Source: Bilabrum cf. latius
Lineage: Eukaryota
Direction: 5' to 3'
Assembly: GCA_965178125.1 (NCBI GenBank)
Contig: OZ237751.1
Span: 744,001-808,000 of the forward strand
Length of the DNA stretch: 64,000 nt
Below are positions 12,501-26,055 of this stretch, one piece after another. Position 1 is the stretch's first letter, and each line of letters opens with the position of its first letter. Made by a program: the position numbers and the translations under genes. The notes under the pieces are model-generated. The model did not search any database, was not told where the DNA came from, and saw nothing but the letters and a program-made list of their open reading frames with translations.

Positions 12501-15500
12501 TCCACGAATGCGACAAGCGCTGGCTTTGGGACAGATTGTGCATCAAACCTGGCCAGCATCTTCGCTTGGGATCGGAACGACGCCAGAACCGAGGCTTCCG
12601 CTCCGAGGCCGTGGTCTGTCTCAAGCCTCCGCACTGCGGACTCTACGCCCCCCCCTGCAGCTTCGCCCAAGGCAGACCAGTCCGCGTCTAACCGCGCCGA
12701 CTCGCCGGCAACGTGACGCATTGCAACCAGCGCGTGGGGGGCTCTTACGGTCAACTCAAACTTGCTAGACGGCTGCAGCAAGATCATGAGTGGAACCAGG
12801 TCTGCACCGGCGATCTCGCGCACCTTAGGGGCCGCCTAGATGGCTCCGCGCGGACCAAGCGACACAGCGGCATGCACGTAGGAGGCTGGCCACACCTGCA
12901 AGAAGGTGGATCCTTCTTGTTCCTGGTTGAGGCCAAGTCGGTTGGAGGCGTTGGAATTGCCACGGTCGCCGAACGCACGCGTTCGCACGTCGGCGATGCC
13001 GCTGGCAATCAGACGTGCGAACCCATGCCTGATCCCGGCAAGTGGCAGCGCGGTCTTGCATCCGAGCTTAAAGGCCGTGGCATCGCTGGAGACCAGCCCT
13101 GCCTCCTAAATGATCGCGTCGTCTTCATCCATGATGGCAGCGGATAGCGTCGCTGCTTCCTCCATCGAGCGGAAGGCAGCAGGTAGCAAGGTAGCAGGAG
13201 GGACTGATGCGGAGGATGCGCCTGCACCTGACGCCGCCAGGCCAAAGCCATCACTTCCAATCTGCGGAGGCCTGACGTACTCGAGAACTGTACGAGCTGC
13301 ATCGGGGGAAGGGGGCAGACAACTGCTGAAAAAGAGGCGAAGCGCAGTCCGGAAACCTGCCGCGTGCGTCTCAAGCGCAACTAACCCACCTTCTGCCGAT
13401 TTCAGCGCGTCATGGGGCCGATGGAGCACAGGGCCAAAAGGAGAATGGACGCATGGCAGTCTCATTGTGCGTAGCAGGCCTGCTGCCGGGCCACAGCCGT
13501 AGTCCCAGGGGCGATCCGCTGCTGCGTGCCCAAAGACGCCAGCCGTACCACCATCTGCTACGGGGCCGCTGTGATGCTCCATGTTCTCGAGAGTAGACTT
13601 GAGCCTTGCAGCGGTTGGATGTTGGCTCGCTCTCATGTCCTAGCTATCTGCTGTGTTGGAACGCGACTTAGTGTAGGAAGCAGGAGCTGACGATGCGACT
13701 GCAGACTACACCAGATCACCGTCGACAGAGTCGCTGTCGTCCATGTTGCCTGCAGCCACCGCAAGCGCGTCTGGGACGGCGTGCCACGGAGCATCCGGAT
13801 CCTGAATCATCCGAATCCCATGGCTGCCAACCCTGCGGTGTCCCACGTCGACCTGCATGTCGAGAGAGACAGAGCTATGGCTCGCCCTATATCTCCCAGA
13901 GGGTTTCGGGAGCGACGGCACTGGCCGATGCTGGAGAGATAGTCGGTCCAGCTCCAGCCCATCCCACGCGGTCTAGAAGCCCTAAATTTCAACCTCTTCC
14001 TCCGGTATGACAGCCGTCTGCGAGTGCTGCAGGACGCGCGGTGCCCCGTAGCTGTGGAAGAGCTGCGTATCCACGAACCCGCCTTGCTCGATTCCGTGCC
14101 AACCGTCGGCCTGTTGCAGTAGGAGCCCGGCCCCAGCAAACGACGTAGCAGCGTCCTGCTGAGAGGAAGCGCTGCCCTACCTGTCTGAATCGGGTGCGCG
14201 TGTTTCCGAACCAAATAGACCAGCCGACTGCATGGAACGTATCGCAGGTGCTGATGACGATGATGCGGCTGTTGCAGCCGCCGCGGCACCGGCAGCCCTG
14301 GCCGCGGCATTTATTGTCCAGGTAGACGATACCTTCTTGGGCTAGCCCGGCATACTGACCAGGCTGCGTCGGCGAGCATTAGAACCCTTTCCAAAGCTGA
14401 TTGGCAAGAGTGACAGAGCCGCTTTGCCGTCCCTGGCCTTTCTTCCGAGCGAGAGCATGTAGCCCTCGGAGGCAGGGATAATGGACATGGCGTGGGCCAG
14501 ATCGAGCAAGGCTCGCTTGTGTGTGCTAGCAAGCCTGATGGTCGAAGCCAACGCTGTTGTTCGAGATTGCAGCGGAGCGATAGAGCTAGCAAACAGCTCA
14601 GTACCAATGCTGCAGCGCGTCTTCTGGTCTGCATGTCTCGTGTACTTCCTGACATCGTCGCGAAGTTCGCGAATCGTGTTGTGCGGCCTGAGTTGCTGCT
14701 CCAGCTCCCTAAATCCCTCCCTGGTCCACCCACAGAGCTGCGAGAATGCGACCATCAGGTTGAGGGGCAGCGCAATGCAGATCTTGGTGCTGCCGATCTA
14801 GTCTTCGTGCACACGCGTGTCCGCGTGTCTGAGGGCTGGGGTGGACGACGAGGCACTCGATGTTTGACGACGACTGCCAAAGTTGAGAGTGGCACCGACT
14901 CCCTGCATGACTGATGGGTGCGTGCAGGTGAATGCCCCAATGGCAGCACGAGAAGTAACCGCCTTCGCGAATGATCGTGCTGAGTGATGCCTAGTGAAGG
15001 CCCTAAAGATAGCCCCGTGCTGCTGGCGTGACCATTTCATGAACGAGCTCTCACCGGCGGCGGCATCCGATCCATCCCAATTCAGCAGTTTGCTGACATT
15101 CGACGATGCTGTGGCTGCAGGATTGTCCCCGGTGGCATCAGCAAGGACACAAGCAGCCACGGCGGCCGACATGGTGGCAGCCGAATGCATGCTGCAGCGC
15201 ATGAGCTCCCTGTGCAAGCGAGCGTCCACGCCGGTCACTCTGCCCCTCTTCTTTGTGCGGGCCCCGTGCTTATTTGAGGGAGACTGCACAAGCATTCCGG
15301 GCAGCTTGGAGTAGGCAACTAGCTGCTTGGCCAGAGTAGCCACCTGATACGCAGTTGAGGCCTCCTGAATTCGGCTGGACCATGTCTGCTCCTACGCCCG
15401 CCTCACTGCCCACGTCCGCAGCCCCTGACTCAGGATCGTGTCGTTTCCCCTCGCTGGCAGCCCAAACAGGAAATCGTACATTTCAAACGTCGGGTACCCG

Positions 15501-18500
15501 AAGAGCTCCTGCGCAGACATGCCTTCAACCGCGGGGCGGAGCAGCGCCACCCTGTCCTCTGTGCGCATGCAGTGGTGCGACTTGATCCACAGGTGGACAG
15601 CAAACTGGCCCACCGCCACGTCCTTGCCCTGGTACTCCCCGTGCAGCACGGAGCGCACATCTCCGTTAAATCGCGCGAGCTCTAGCGTCTCCTTAGTGTT
15701 CTTTTTGACGCCTGTCTCGACGGGGATGCCCATTTGTTCCTCAAGCTCGCTCCCCAGCCGGCGCGCCTCTTCGCTCCTGAGACAAGCCTGCACGTTCAGC
15801 TTCAACCAGGAACTCTAGCCACCGCCTCCAAACTTGGTCGCTGCTTCACGCGGGTTGCTTCCCAGGAGCGTCTGCGATAGACCACTGGCTGCCTCATGCT
15901 TCGAAATCTATGACAAGGTGCGGCCGGGCAGGGCAACCTCACGCCACTGCTGCAGGCTTCCAACGCAGCTTGGGGAGGCAAGTCGGACTGGTTGATTAAA
16001 GGCTGATGAGCTATCCACCCAGACGCTGTCCAGAGATAGAACACTGCGAGCTCGGGTACATTCACGCATGAAGTAGCTTGTCATTCGCTTGCCATGCGCC
16101 GCGAGACTGAAGAGGCCACCTGCAAAATCGACAGATGGCACCCGGATGCCGCCCAGCCGCATGCCCCGACGCGATTCCACTTCCGCACCGTACAGCACGG
16201 TGGGACTTTCAATCTCACGCATGCTGAGGGGTGGTACCAGGGTGCTGTGCGGGTGCATCGGGCTGCCACGCGCCTGCCTCTGGGCGTCGAACCTAGAGTG
16301 CGAGGTCGCGCATATATGCTCCTGGGCCTCATCCTGGTGCATGGACGCGTGGAGAGCCTCCCAGTAGGAGTCGGCGTCCTGGCCCGAGAGATGCACCCAC
16401 CTAGGGCTCGCTAAAACCAGCTGCAGCAAGCCCTGTCGGAGCACCCGCAGCTTCCTGCTCTCACAAGCAACCGAGACGCCACCGCTGCTCTCAGCACGGG
16501 CAATGCCGGCGGGTCGGAGTAGAGAGTCGCCCGGCTGGCTCATAGACTCCTCGAGCTGGCTTGCCTGCATGCTGTCGTTAAAGTGAGAGGACCCTGCATC
16601 GCTTGCTGGCATCCGATCGCGAGCGTCACGAGCCGCCCCCAGCTCCGGGTGAGATTCCTCGTACGACACGATCTTCTCGCCGAGTGCTGTGATCAGCTTG
16701 CCCATGCCAAACAGCCTCACATTATCCACGAAACGGTTGCCGTAACGTGCCCTAGCGCGTTTCTGCTTCCTATCGGAGCTCCCAGCCTGTTGGGATGGTG
16801 AGTCAGCATCGCCTGCCCCAGAGGCAGCTGGGAGCAGTGTGGATCGCTTTGGGACAGCAAGGGCTGCGGCTCTTGCAGCTGCCGCAGCAGCTGATTTGCG
16901 GGCAACGGGTGCGCTGTTTTGCTTCGCCTGCTACTTCTAAACCTTTGCCTTGGAACGAACGCGTCGCTCTCTAGCAAAGCGACCCTTGTATTGCGCCTTG
17001 AGACCAGATAGTGTTGTCTGGAAGGTTGGTGTCGACGGGACGGGGATCCCAGCAGCGATGCAAAGCATGACGGCGTGACGAATCTTGCCTAGGTCCTTGA
17101 TCTGCCTGCTCTCGTCTGCGTACATCGTCAGCAAAGTAGGAGACTTAAGCCCCACTTCAACTTTCGCCAGCGAGGCACCGGATGCGATTGTAGCTGCACG
17201 CTGCGCCGGCAGGGGCATGGGAACAGGACCAGAGACCAGCTGCTCGAATCCTAGCTAGTCGAACATTTGCAAAGTGGGTGTAGAGCACAGGGAGACCCAG
17301 TAAGCATGCATGGATGAATGGTTGTTCACCATGCCGGGAGGCACGCTGCTTGCCGATACGACCCTTGCTGTCTCATGGGCAGACCGGAGGGCTCGCTCGG
17401 CCGCAACAGCACCGGATCCCAAGTCGTTCTCAGCCGCAGCCAAGCTTGAGGACGACGCAGAGGATGGTCCCTTGCGTGATCTACCAGAAATACTCTCCGG
17501 GGGAATCTAGAAGGATGCAACTAGGCCCCGATACAGGTAGGCCTCGAGCGCGGTACCTGGGGACTGCACCACAAGCCGCTACTCTCTTAAGAGCTCCATT
17601 GCAGCTTTGCGGGCACCCCTGGTATGCTGCGCCCAGCGCCTGCATGTCATTTCGTGCAAATGCGACACTCTAAAGGTTGCGCTGCCATCGCGCGCAGCTG
17701 CCCGCACGGTCGGTGGGAGGGACGACAGAGTGGCTGAGAGCGGGCCGCTGGGCACCTCGGATACGCCAGCCTGCTTGCACGCATCGACGACTGCAGCAGC
17801 CAGCAGGAAATCCGCAAGCCTGTTGGAGACCTGCTGCATCAGATCGTCCCTGTCGGGGAGCCCGAATGACTGCAGGGCTTCTCCAATCTCTAGCCTTGCG
17901 AAGGCGTCCGTGTCCTCTACCCAGCGATCCACCAGACTAGAGCCTGGAGCACCCTGGCCCGCCAGTAGGCCCACCCAGTTATTCGAATTGACGGACGGTG
18001 ATTTGCTGCATGCGGCTTCAACAAAAGCTCGGTGCAGCGATCGTGCGGCCAATACCACGCCGCATTGGTAGGCATGGAACGGTTCGTCCGCCCTTGGATC
18101 GGTTCGCCCAACAGACGCGAACGGAGACACGGATGCTTTGGCTGCGTACAAGGCCCACTACCGAACGACACCAAGCGCCTGATCTTGCCTTTGGCCCGAC
18201 CGCAAAGCGAGAGCGAGGGTATCTATCGCTGCCACTCTATCCTTGATCTTGGATTGGTCCACAACGCCTGAAGGGTGATCCGGGAATGGGTGCCTGGCCA
18301 GCATGTTGGCCAGGTAGGCGTCGAGCTCTGCCTGGTCAAAGTCAGTGCTCAGCCAGGGCCTGTCAGATTCCACGGCTGCCGCAGTAGTCTTCCGCGAGGA
18401 CTTTGCAGTCCCTGTTGCTGCCTTGGTTCGCCTCTGCTTCGACTGCGAGCTTATCGCTGCAGAAGCGGCAACCAATTCTGCAACTGTTTCACTCACCTTG

Positions 18501-21500
18501 CTCCTCTTCGAAGCGCTGTCACCAAACGATGATCGCCTGGATCTCATCCCAACCGACAAGCGGCGCGAAGCAGCCGGTAGGATGAAATCGTACTTGGGTT
18601 GGTTCGGCAGCCGAGCAACTTGCGTCCAGCGATCCCCCACGTCCAGAAGTACACGCTGCAGCGACCTATGGTTGGATGCTACCGTACTGCCCTGACCGCC
18701 AGGTTCCACCCGGCTGCTCAGCAACCCCGCATCGCCCAGCAGCTGGAACGTCGGGACGACAAAGCCACGCGCGCGGTTCTCCACGATCGACTTGGCAATG
18801 TGCTGCACCTGCACGACCTCAGACCCCGCCGCGAAGGACCCAGCAATGAACTTGTCCAGCTACGCCGGGTCTGCGATCTTCTTGAGGGACCAATAGAGGG
18901 CCAGAAGGTTTTCTTTCTGAGTGATCCCGCTCCGCTCCGGCACGCAGCAGGCCAGCAAGACCTCAGGGTCGCGGTCGGCGGCGTCGAGCAGCTCCGAATC
19001 GGCCGCATCGCGGAACGGCTTGCCCAGCACGTCCTGTGCCCCACGAACTCGGCGTGCGATCCACCCCCGGAACCACCTGCGCGCGTTGCTCCCCGCCTTC
19101 GTCTCAAGGCTCATAGTGAAGCTTGGTTTGCCCGTGGTGTCGAGGTACTGCTGCAAGACGACTGCTTTGACGGCCTCCAGCCCAGGCCCCTGCACAGCGC
19201 TCGCAATCCGCTGGTTGGAGTCGAAGGGAACCATCGTGTAGCTCGGGGAGGAGGTCTTATACAGCAGCATGCTGTGAACGAATACAATCACTGGAGCTTT
19301 CTTTGTATTTTTCTTGCCCTTGTTGATGTCAACGGCACATCGGAGGCGGATGCACTCGCTGCCGAATCGATGGTTGCCCTGGTTATGATTTTCGCACAGA
19401 GGCTCGATCAGCCTCCTTACGGTGCTCTTGTCAGGCTTGGTGCCGATACATCGCTTTAGCTGCTGGGCAGCATCCGCTTGCTCCGTCGTGAAGGGACGCC
19501 TGCCGTCTTGTTCGCCAGGGGCATTCTGCGCGATGATATGAAGCGACCTCCACAGGGTGACGTCCAGCCTGTGCTCTGCCATGACTCCCACCATGCAAAG
19601 CACCATCCGGGCTGCCAGCTGGATGGCTTGCTCTCGAGTACGCACGTGTCGGCTGAGGTTTCCAGTGATTGGGATGGACGCAGCGGGGCCAACCTCGCAG
19701 CCGACCACTCCAGGTGCCATCATCAGCGATGCTGGGGCGACTCTCGTAGGCAGCATGAGGTGCATGGAGTTCACGCAGCTCACCCGAGCTGCTTCCGCGA
19801 GACCGAGCGGCCCCGTGGGTCTACCCAACGCAAGCTGGAGAAGCGTTGTGGCGTCACCTGCGGGGGCAGACACAGCCACCCGTGGGAATCGCCTCATGGT
19901 ACTCCAGTCCGACAGCGGGTGGCATAGCGCTGCCCGAACCGCTGGGCAGGATTGTCCTTCGCTCTGGTGAGGCATATTCGCAGTTACCTGAACCCCGAAA
20001 GGCCGTGGCAAAATGTAGGCCTGCGCAGGCCTCGCACCGTACTGCAGGGGCGCTGCATCCATGGCGACGCCAAGCTCCTCCAGCCCGCTGCTACTCTGCA
20101 GCTGCTTCACCAGCCGTGGGGCCAGGTAGGTGTCCAGTGAATTCACCGGCAGGCCGAAAGGCCCATGCATGCAGGCCAGCTGCACGATCTGTGCCGTGCT
20201 GTGCAGCTCCATGACTGCCTGGGGGCCCAGACCAAGAGTCCCCGAGCTCGCAATGGGTAGACCGTCGCTGTACACGCTTGGCAGCGGTGTCCTTCCCAGC
20301 CTGGTGGCAGCCAGCGCGCCTCGATTGGCAATCAGCTCGGTGCCCGGCAGTGCGGAATCTGCGGCAACTGGTGCACCAGACTCAGGTCGCGCGGCAGGTG
20401 TTGAACCACCAGAGGCACGGAGGCATTCACGGTCCCATAGCCAGCCCTCCACCTGTGATATAGTCCCAAGCATTGCTACCTGGTCGAGCAGTGACCCCGG
20501 CCCTTCGCCTGCAGTGTTTTTGCCGACCACATTGCGGTGCGTGAGCGAGCCTGCCGAGCCGCGGGTTGGTCGCACCTGGCTGCCTGGAATGCCCTGATCG
20601 TAGCCTGCAAGCAGTGCAGGGGACAGCGAGAGCTTTGCCAAAGAGGCGTAGTTGGGCCCAAGTTGCTCCCACCCCTGCAAGACGCAGAAGACCACGTCGT
20701 TGGCGAGGCTTTTGCTCTTGCTGGACTTGCTGCTCAGCGGTAACGATGAAGAAGAGCCCGACGGAGACTCGGGAAAAGACACATTCTTGGAATACGCAAT
20801 CTACCAGTGGTCCTGGCCCCGCACCGTAAGGCACTGCACCCACGGGTTCTCCATTGCCTGCACCGGCATCTCGTCGAGCAGCTGTCGGACCAGCACGCGA
20901 TCGCCGCACACCCCATCGAGAAGCATGTACCCGGCAGACTCTGGCACAGCAAGCACGTCGTGCACCACTTGGGTGACGGGGTGCGAGCTTTCGAATTCGG
21001 CGGGGCTGGCAGTGGTGCTCGCGACGAGCTCTCTGTCCACCACGATCCCCTTGGCATGCATGCTGCCCGCCTCCTCGCGAAGGCTCCTGTTCCTCGACCC
21101 CCTGTGCTTCTCGAGAAACCTCTACTCCACGTCGTGTAAGCTCGAATTCATCGCATGGACGTCCTTTGAGACGCTGAGAAGACCAGCAGCTGTAACAAAC
21201 AGAGAGCCCCGGCCCTCCATCCGAGAGCATGCACCAGGCCGCAGATGATCCAGCCAGTGCTGGTCGAGGACGGCTGCGGGGGCAGTGCTCCACCTGTCCA
21301 AGTCGGTCGCCGCCGCTGAAGTGTCGGTGGAAGCGCCGCTAGGTGCCGAGCGGGATCCGGAGAACTGGGGCGCGAGCCCGAGCATCCCTGCAGCCCCCGT
21401 GTGAGAAGGGCCATCGCTAGGGGCGTTCGACGCTCCGATAGATAGCACGTCGACCGCCCTGCCGTCAGCCGCGGCACCCCCCGTTGCGGAACCAATGCGG

Positions 21501-23190
21501 CTCTTGGCTCGAATGGCTCGGGGATACAAACGCGCCCGCCTGAGCATCACAAGCCCGAAGTGCCCGGCAACATGAGCCCGGCCAGCCTGTGACATGTGTG
21601 TGGAGCTGAAGCTGCCCTTTCCATCATGTCTGGCAACCTCCAGCCTTTCTGCTTGATTGCGGATGAGCGCACTCGCCCTGAACATGATCCGCTCATCGCC
21701 ATCAGCGGCACTGATCTCCCCTGGGGGGCTCGGCCGGAGCCGAGTGGTTCCCATGCATTCAGCAGACCGCACCAGGCCGCATGCCGGCCACAACCAAGGG
21801 GCTTCGGAGCCCGACCTGCGGGAGAAGCCGTCAGCTATCCTCATAATTGGCAGCATTTGGCCCCGCGCGTACCGAAGCAGGGTAGTGGATCGCGACTTGT
21901 TTCCGCTCGTAGAGTTGACCGTCAGCTGCTTCACGTTGTCCACGATCTGCGTGGCAACTTTCGCCTACATCTTTTGCTGGGCCTTGCTACGCGCCTGCTA
22001 CCTCTTCTTCTCGCTCTCTGGAGTGCTGCTGGTGGGCCTGCCTCGAAGCACGGTGAACACGGTGCTGGAGGACTCGACGGGGGCGCCGCGCCGTGCCGCG
22101 GCCGCATTGCCAGAGGGCGCACCACCCGCGAGATCCCTTGCGATGGAACCCGCAGCATCCGTGTACTTGTATCCGGACATGGTACAGCTCCGGATTGTGG
22201 CAGCCGCGCGCTGCTGCGCGTGCGTGGCGCCTACGACGCGAAGGATGCGGGTTCCCAGCACGTCTGCGAACTTGGTGTGGATCTCTGACGTGATACCCTG
22301 TCGGCCGTTTGCCAGGAGCATGCAAAGTAGGTAGTAGAGGAAGGAGGGCTCGTGAGACTGCTCGGTCTTCGGTCCGGTGCTTGCTAGAGGGGTAGAGGCG
22401 CCTGCGAGCACGACGGGGTCTAGAAGAAGCTGATCGGCTTGGGTCTACGCCGAAGCGGAGTCCATTCCTGCCGACGCGCCTGCCGAAATTGAGTTGAGAT
22501 CAAGGTACCCAGCCATGCCTGCGTTTTTGCTCCCGCTTGGTGATTCTTTATTGGAGTTGGGCGGCCCCGATGCTCGCTGCAACTGCGATGTTCGTACAGC
22601 CGCACCCCAGAACGATCGGCAATGGCCATGAAGGACATCTCTAGTCTCCAATATCATGTTAGATGCAGTGCTTCCGACAGACTGGATCGCCGCATCCTCG
22701 GTTGGGAAGAACCAAATGCAGAGCTTCGGTATTCGCCGACTTCGAATCGATCTGACGTTGCCAGACAGAACTGCAAGCAATGGAGCACCCGGAAGCGCTG
22801 GCATGCACTTAAACAATTTCGAAGTACGGGAAAGGCTAGAACGCTATTTAGCTCCCAGCACTCGGGCGTGGTCCTGCGTGGCGGAACTGGAAAACTTCAA
22901 ACTGCAACAGCACGTACCGGCTACTCGCACCAGGGAGCAAGCACCGGTCTACGTCACGGACTCACGCTAGACTCGTTGGCTAAACCAACTTTTACTGTAA
23001 CTGACGGGTTCGTAAGCAATCTCTTCAACAGAATGGCTGCAGCTACGGATACCTGCTTCGAGCTCGCAGTCAACACCTTGCCAGAGTACGCCTCCAGCTG
23101 CTCAACAAGAAGTTGAACCAATGAATACCAGTCATAACCCTCGTATGCACCATTTAAGGAAGAAATACAGGATTGGACAATCCTATTCAT
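9533..23190 (-). CDS. RNA polymerase III transcription factor TFIIIC subunit 1-like (GTF3C1/Tfc3), ~4,520 aa
   Basis: About 20 tracked ORFs in one frame (9533-22873) joined through ~33 TAGs, ending at TGA 9533-9535. Predicted exon 1 is 22966-23190, with intron ~22874-22965 (GTGAGT...ACGCAG; acceptor uncertain). The C-terminal WTDPRGGSRWNVRLLAGLLHGMYRAVRAYPSAPESELRNLFPWLSPTDVHGLLLILHCGGLI resembles the GTF3C1 C-terminal winged helix. Also YYLLCMLLANGRQGI (B-block-binding-like) and PDKSTVRRLIEPL. Confidence 0.75.
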
Positions 23191-23361
23191 GACGTAATTC
23201 TCTTCGGAGTGCCTCCCGAGCAAGTTCTCATTCTCGTTAGTTGCGTGTGGTTTAGGATACAAAAATACGAATTGGTCGAGCTCCTCTCCGCGAATGTAAA
23301 CTCATTGCGATTGAACCATTAAATCATGGAAACGATACGAGATTGAGTAGCCACTGTACGG

Positions 23362-25842
23362 ATGAATGAACCGGAGCGTCCTAGTTTGGAACATACCGTC
23401 GGGTACAGAAGACGTCCGTTAGGAGCAAGTCAGCGCCTGACCTTCGGGCTGCCTTCAAGTCCCTCCCCGTCCACAAAAAGGAGCAAATCAAAGAGTCAAG
23501 CTGTTTGTGCTGCAGAAACTATTCATGGCAGGACCAAGGAAAAGTCTAATCGAGTTGGACGGTGGAGTCAGGCCGAACGCCAGCGCCGCGTGTTGATAAG
23601 CTCGATTATGCAAGGAAGCAGACCTTTGATGCAGGCGTCTGAGCATACCATAGGTTTGATTGGTAATACTACGCTGTCTGCATATGCGAGACCCAAGTCG
23701 GCATCGTTTGGATACCGCCGTGAGAGCACGCCTGCGCGAGCGGCACCTGAAGGCCCTCTCGTACGACCGCCATAGAGAAATTCACCGAGCAAAGGAGCGG
23801 CGCAGCGGCCCATGTCTTAGCCGTCTGGCCAAATGCTGCAGGTCCTGCGAGGTGCTCACTAGCAAACTATCTGGAAGGACTCCCGTGCCGCGCAGCAGCG
23901 CCGCTCCTCAGCAACTGCTAGCAGCATGCTTGAAGCCACGAACGGCTCAAGAGAACGAGTACTGCCGCGACACCGCTCAGTTCAGAGAGATGCGAGCGGA
24001 TGTAGCCCCCCAAAGAAACGGACATCGCAGGGAACAGACCGCAGGACAAAGCGGCAATCGCGCCAGCGAAGAAGTAACAGGGCTGTCGCAAAGCAGCCTG
24101 CGCAACGTACAGAGCGAAGATATCAGCCGGGCACCAGACGAGCGCTATCAGCATCGAGCAAGAGCGCTACATCAACGGGTGCACACAAAGGGCTACCTAG
24201 CACCCCCCGAATCTCCGGGTTAGCTAGACGAAGTGACCCTAGGCCAATTTAGCAAACCAGGCAAGTGTAGCATTCCTTGCTTGGAATAGGGCTGTTGCGG
24301 TCCCACCAATCGATCGAGCACCTCGTTCAAGCCTCCTCTGGCAGATCATCGAGATCGCGACGGAGAGGACAACACAGCTTGCACGGGTCCAAACTGGCTT
24401 GCACGAGAGGCACAGGCACGGCTGACTTTGCCACTCGGCGTGCGCCTTCACGACAGAGTCCACCCGAGGTGCGCACCGCCCTTCCACGGATACAGACGGC
24501 AGGCGCAGCTTCCTTAGAGTCCGCTCGCCATGGCCGACGTCGACAACATCCGCAATTAATGCCAGGGTAGCCTAGTAATGGTAGACACAGAGGGCGGTCC
24601 AGGGCGCGACCTCGTGCACATCGCTAGCTAGGATTGCTCGAATCACCGCTGCTGCAGGATCCACGGTTAGTAGCAGGACGGAAACCATCAAGCGCCATGG
24701 AAGGGTAGCACCAGGCATCCGAGCGCATACAGTCGTCGAAGAGAGCGAGAGCGAAAGCTAGCAAACGGCGCCAATCAATGGTAGCGCAGGCTGGTGACTC
24801 GCGGTGGATACAGCCTGTGCTGCCAGGTCTGCTTGGAGCGCATACTCCAGTAGGTAGTCGGCCAGGGACGAGCCGGCTAGGTCGACTACCGAGATTTGAA
24901 GGGCTGCGCGCGGACCATGCAGGCCTGTCGGACCAAGAGGGAAGGAGTCCAGGACAGTGGCTGCAAGGCGAGCCTCCCGTCCCTCAGTTGGCGATACCCA
25001 GTTCACCGGTGTCCACGACAACAAGCTTTGCAGAGATTACGGCCAATGCGCTCCGCAACATCAACCACATGCGCATGGTCACGGCCGCATCTATCCGCAG
25101 CCCCCATGACTCGCCCTTCGGGTCCACACCAGGGGCTGCGTTCTCGCGGGCACATCTGTTTCTGCGATCAGTGTCCGGTCCAATCGGAAGCCACGCCAGA
25201 GCCGGCTACTCACACGGTATCTCGAGCGAGCTACCCAGGACTAGGCAACCGTTCGCGCGTGGGCATCTACCGCAAGATATGGGGTCAAGGTCGGCGGTGC
25301 TGCCAGCGCAGGCACAGGCTAAGCAGAGCCCTTCATGGACCAGTCTCGGTCAAGGCGGTGGCACGTATCTCGAGCGTCCGTTGACTCCCACGTTGGCTGA
25401 GAGGAAGCGCCCTCAGACGGCGAGCGCCTACAAGCCGATCCAGCCGACTGCGGCAGGTGGGCTGTCAGGGCAGAGGCGACACGGTTCCGGCCGCTCCCCA
25501 AAGGGGCGCTCTCACTCTGCCCATTCTGAGTCGCTCAACGCTGCAGCGAGGCAGGCCCTGGTTTCTATCGCTAGCAGAAGCTCGATGGGCTCCGGACTAG
25601 GAGAATTCGGTAGCGAGGGACAAGTCTTGTCGCACGGCTCGCGAGGGGCCGGGAGCGTGCGTGCGGTGTCACCGGGCAGTCCGCTGGCAGGCATGCTTTG
25701 GCCCGTGGGTGGTGTGGACGGGCTGCGTCAAGAGAACAGTGGAGAGGAAGCCGCAAGCGCTGCTATTGGAAATGCCTGCACACCGAATACGCCACGGCCT
25801 GTCCCACCTAAAGCAGCGTTCGATCCAGGGTGTGAATTCTAA
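23362..25842 (+). CDS. Hypothetical Ser/Arg/Pro-rich disordered protein, ~826 aa
   Basis: Four tracked ORFs share one frame. ATG 23362 to TAA 25840-25842 with 8 in-frame TAGs and no TAA/TGA. No recognised domain. Confidence 0.75.
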
Positions 25843-26055
25843 GGAATTTTGATCTTATTATTGTCGATTATACTTTTTTGATCATCCGATAGTGTAACTG
25901 TAAGATACCACATCCATTCACAAGGCGAGAGTCTTGCGACTATCACGACAGTTGGGATCAGAGTCTGGTTGGGATTCACCAGCTACTCCTTGGTATGCAA
26001 CGCGTTAATGTTGCTGTTTCCCAATACTGCAAAGCAGCAGCCCACTGGACTAGTA

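Noticed and set aside
18599-25024. Long opposite-strand or alternate-frame ORFs (e.g. 18599-19459 +, 20427-21293 -, and similar ones at 43634-44638 +, 58062-58835 +, 38024-38794 -)
   Set aside because: These are shadow ORFs of GC-rich genes with no recognisable motifs, and each overlaps a better-supported frame.
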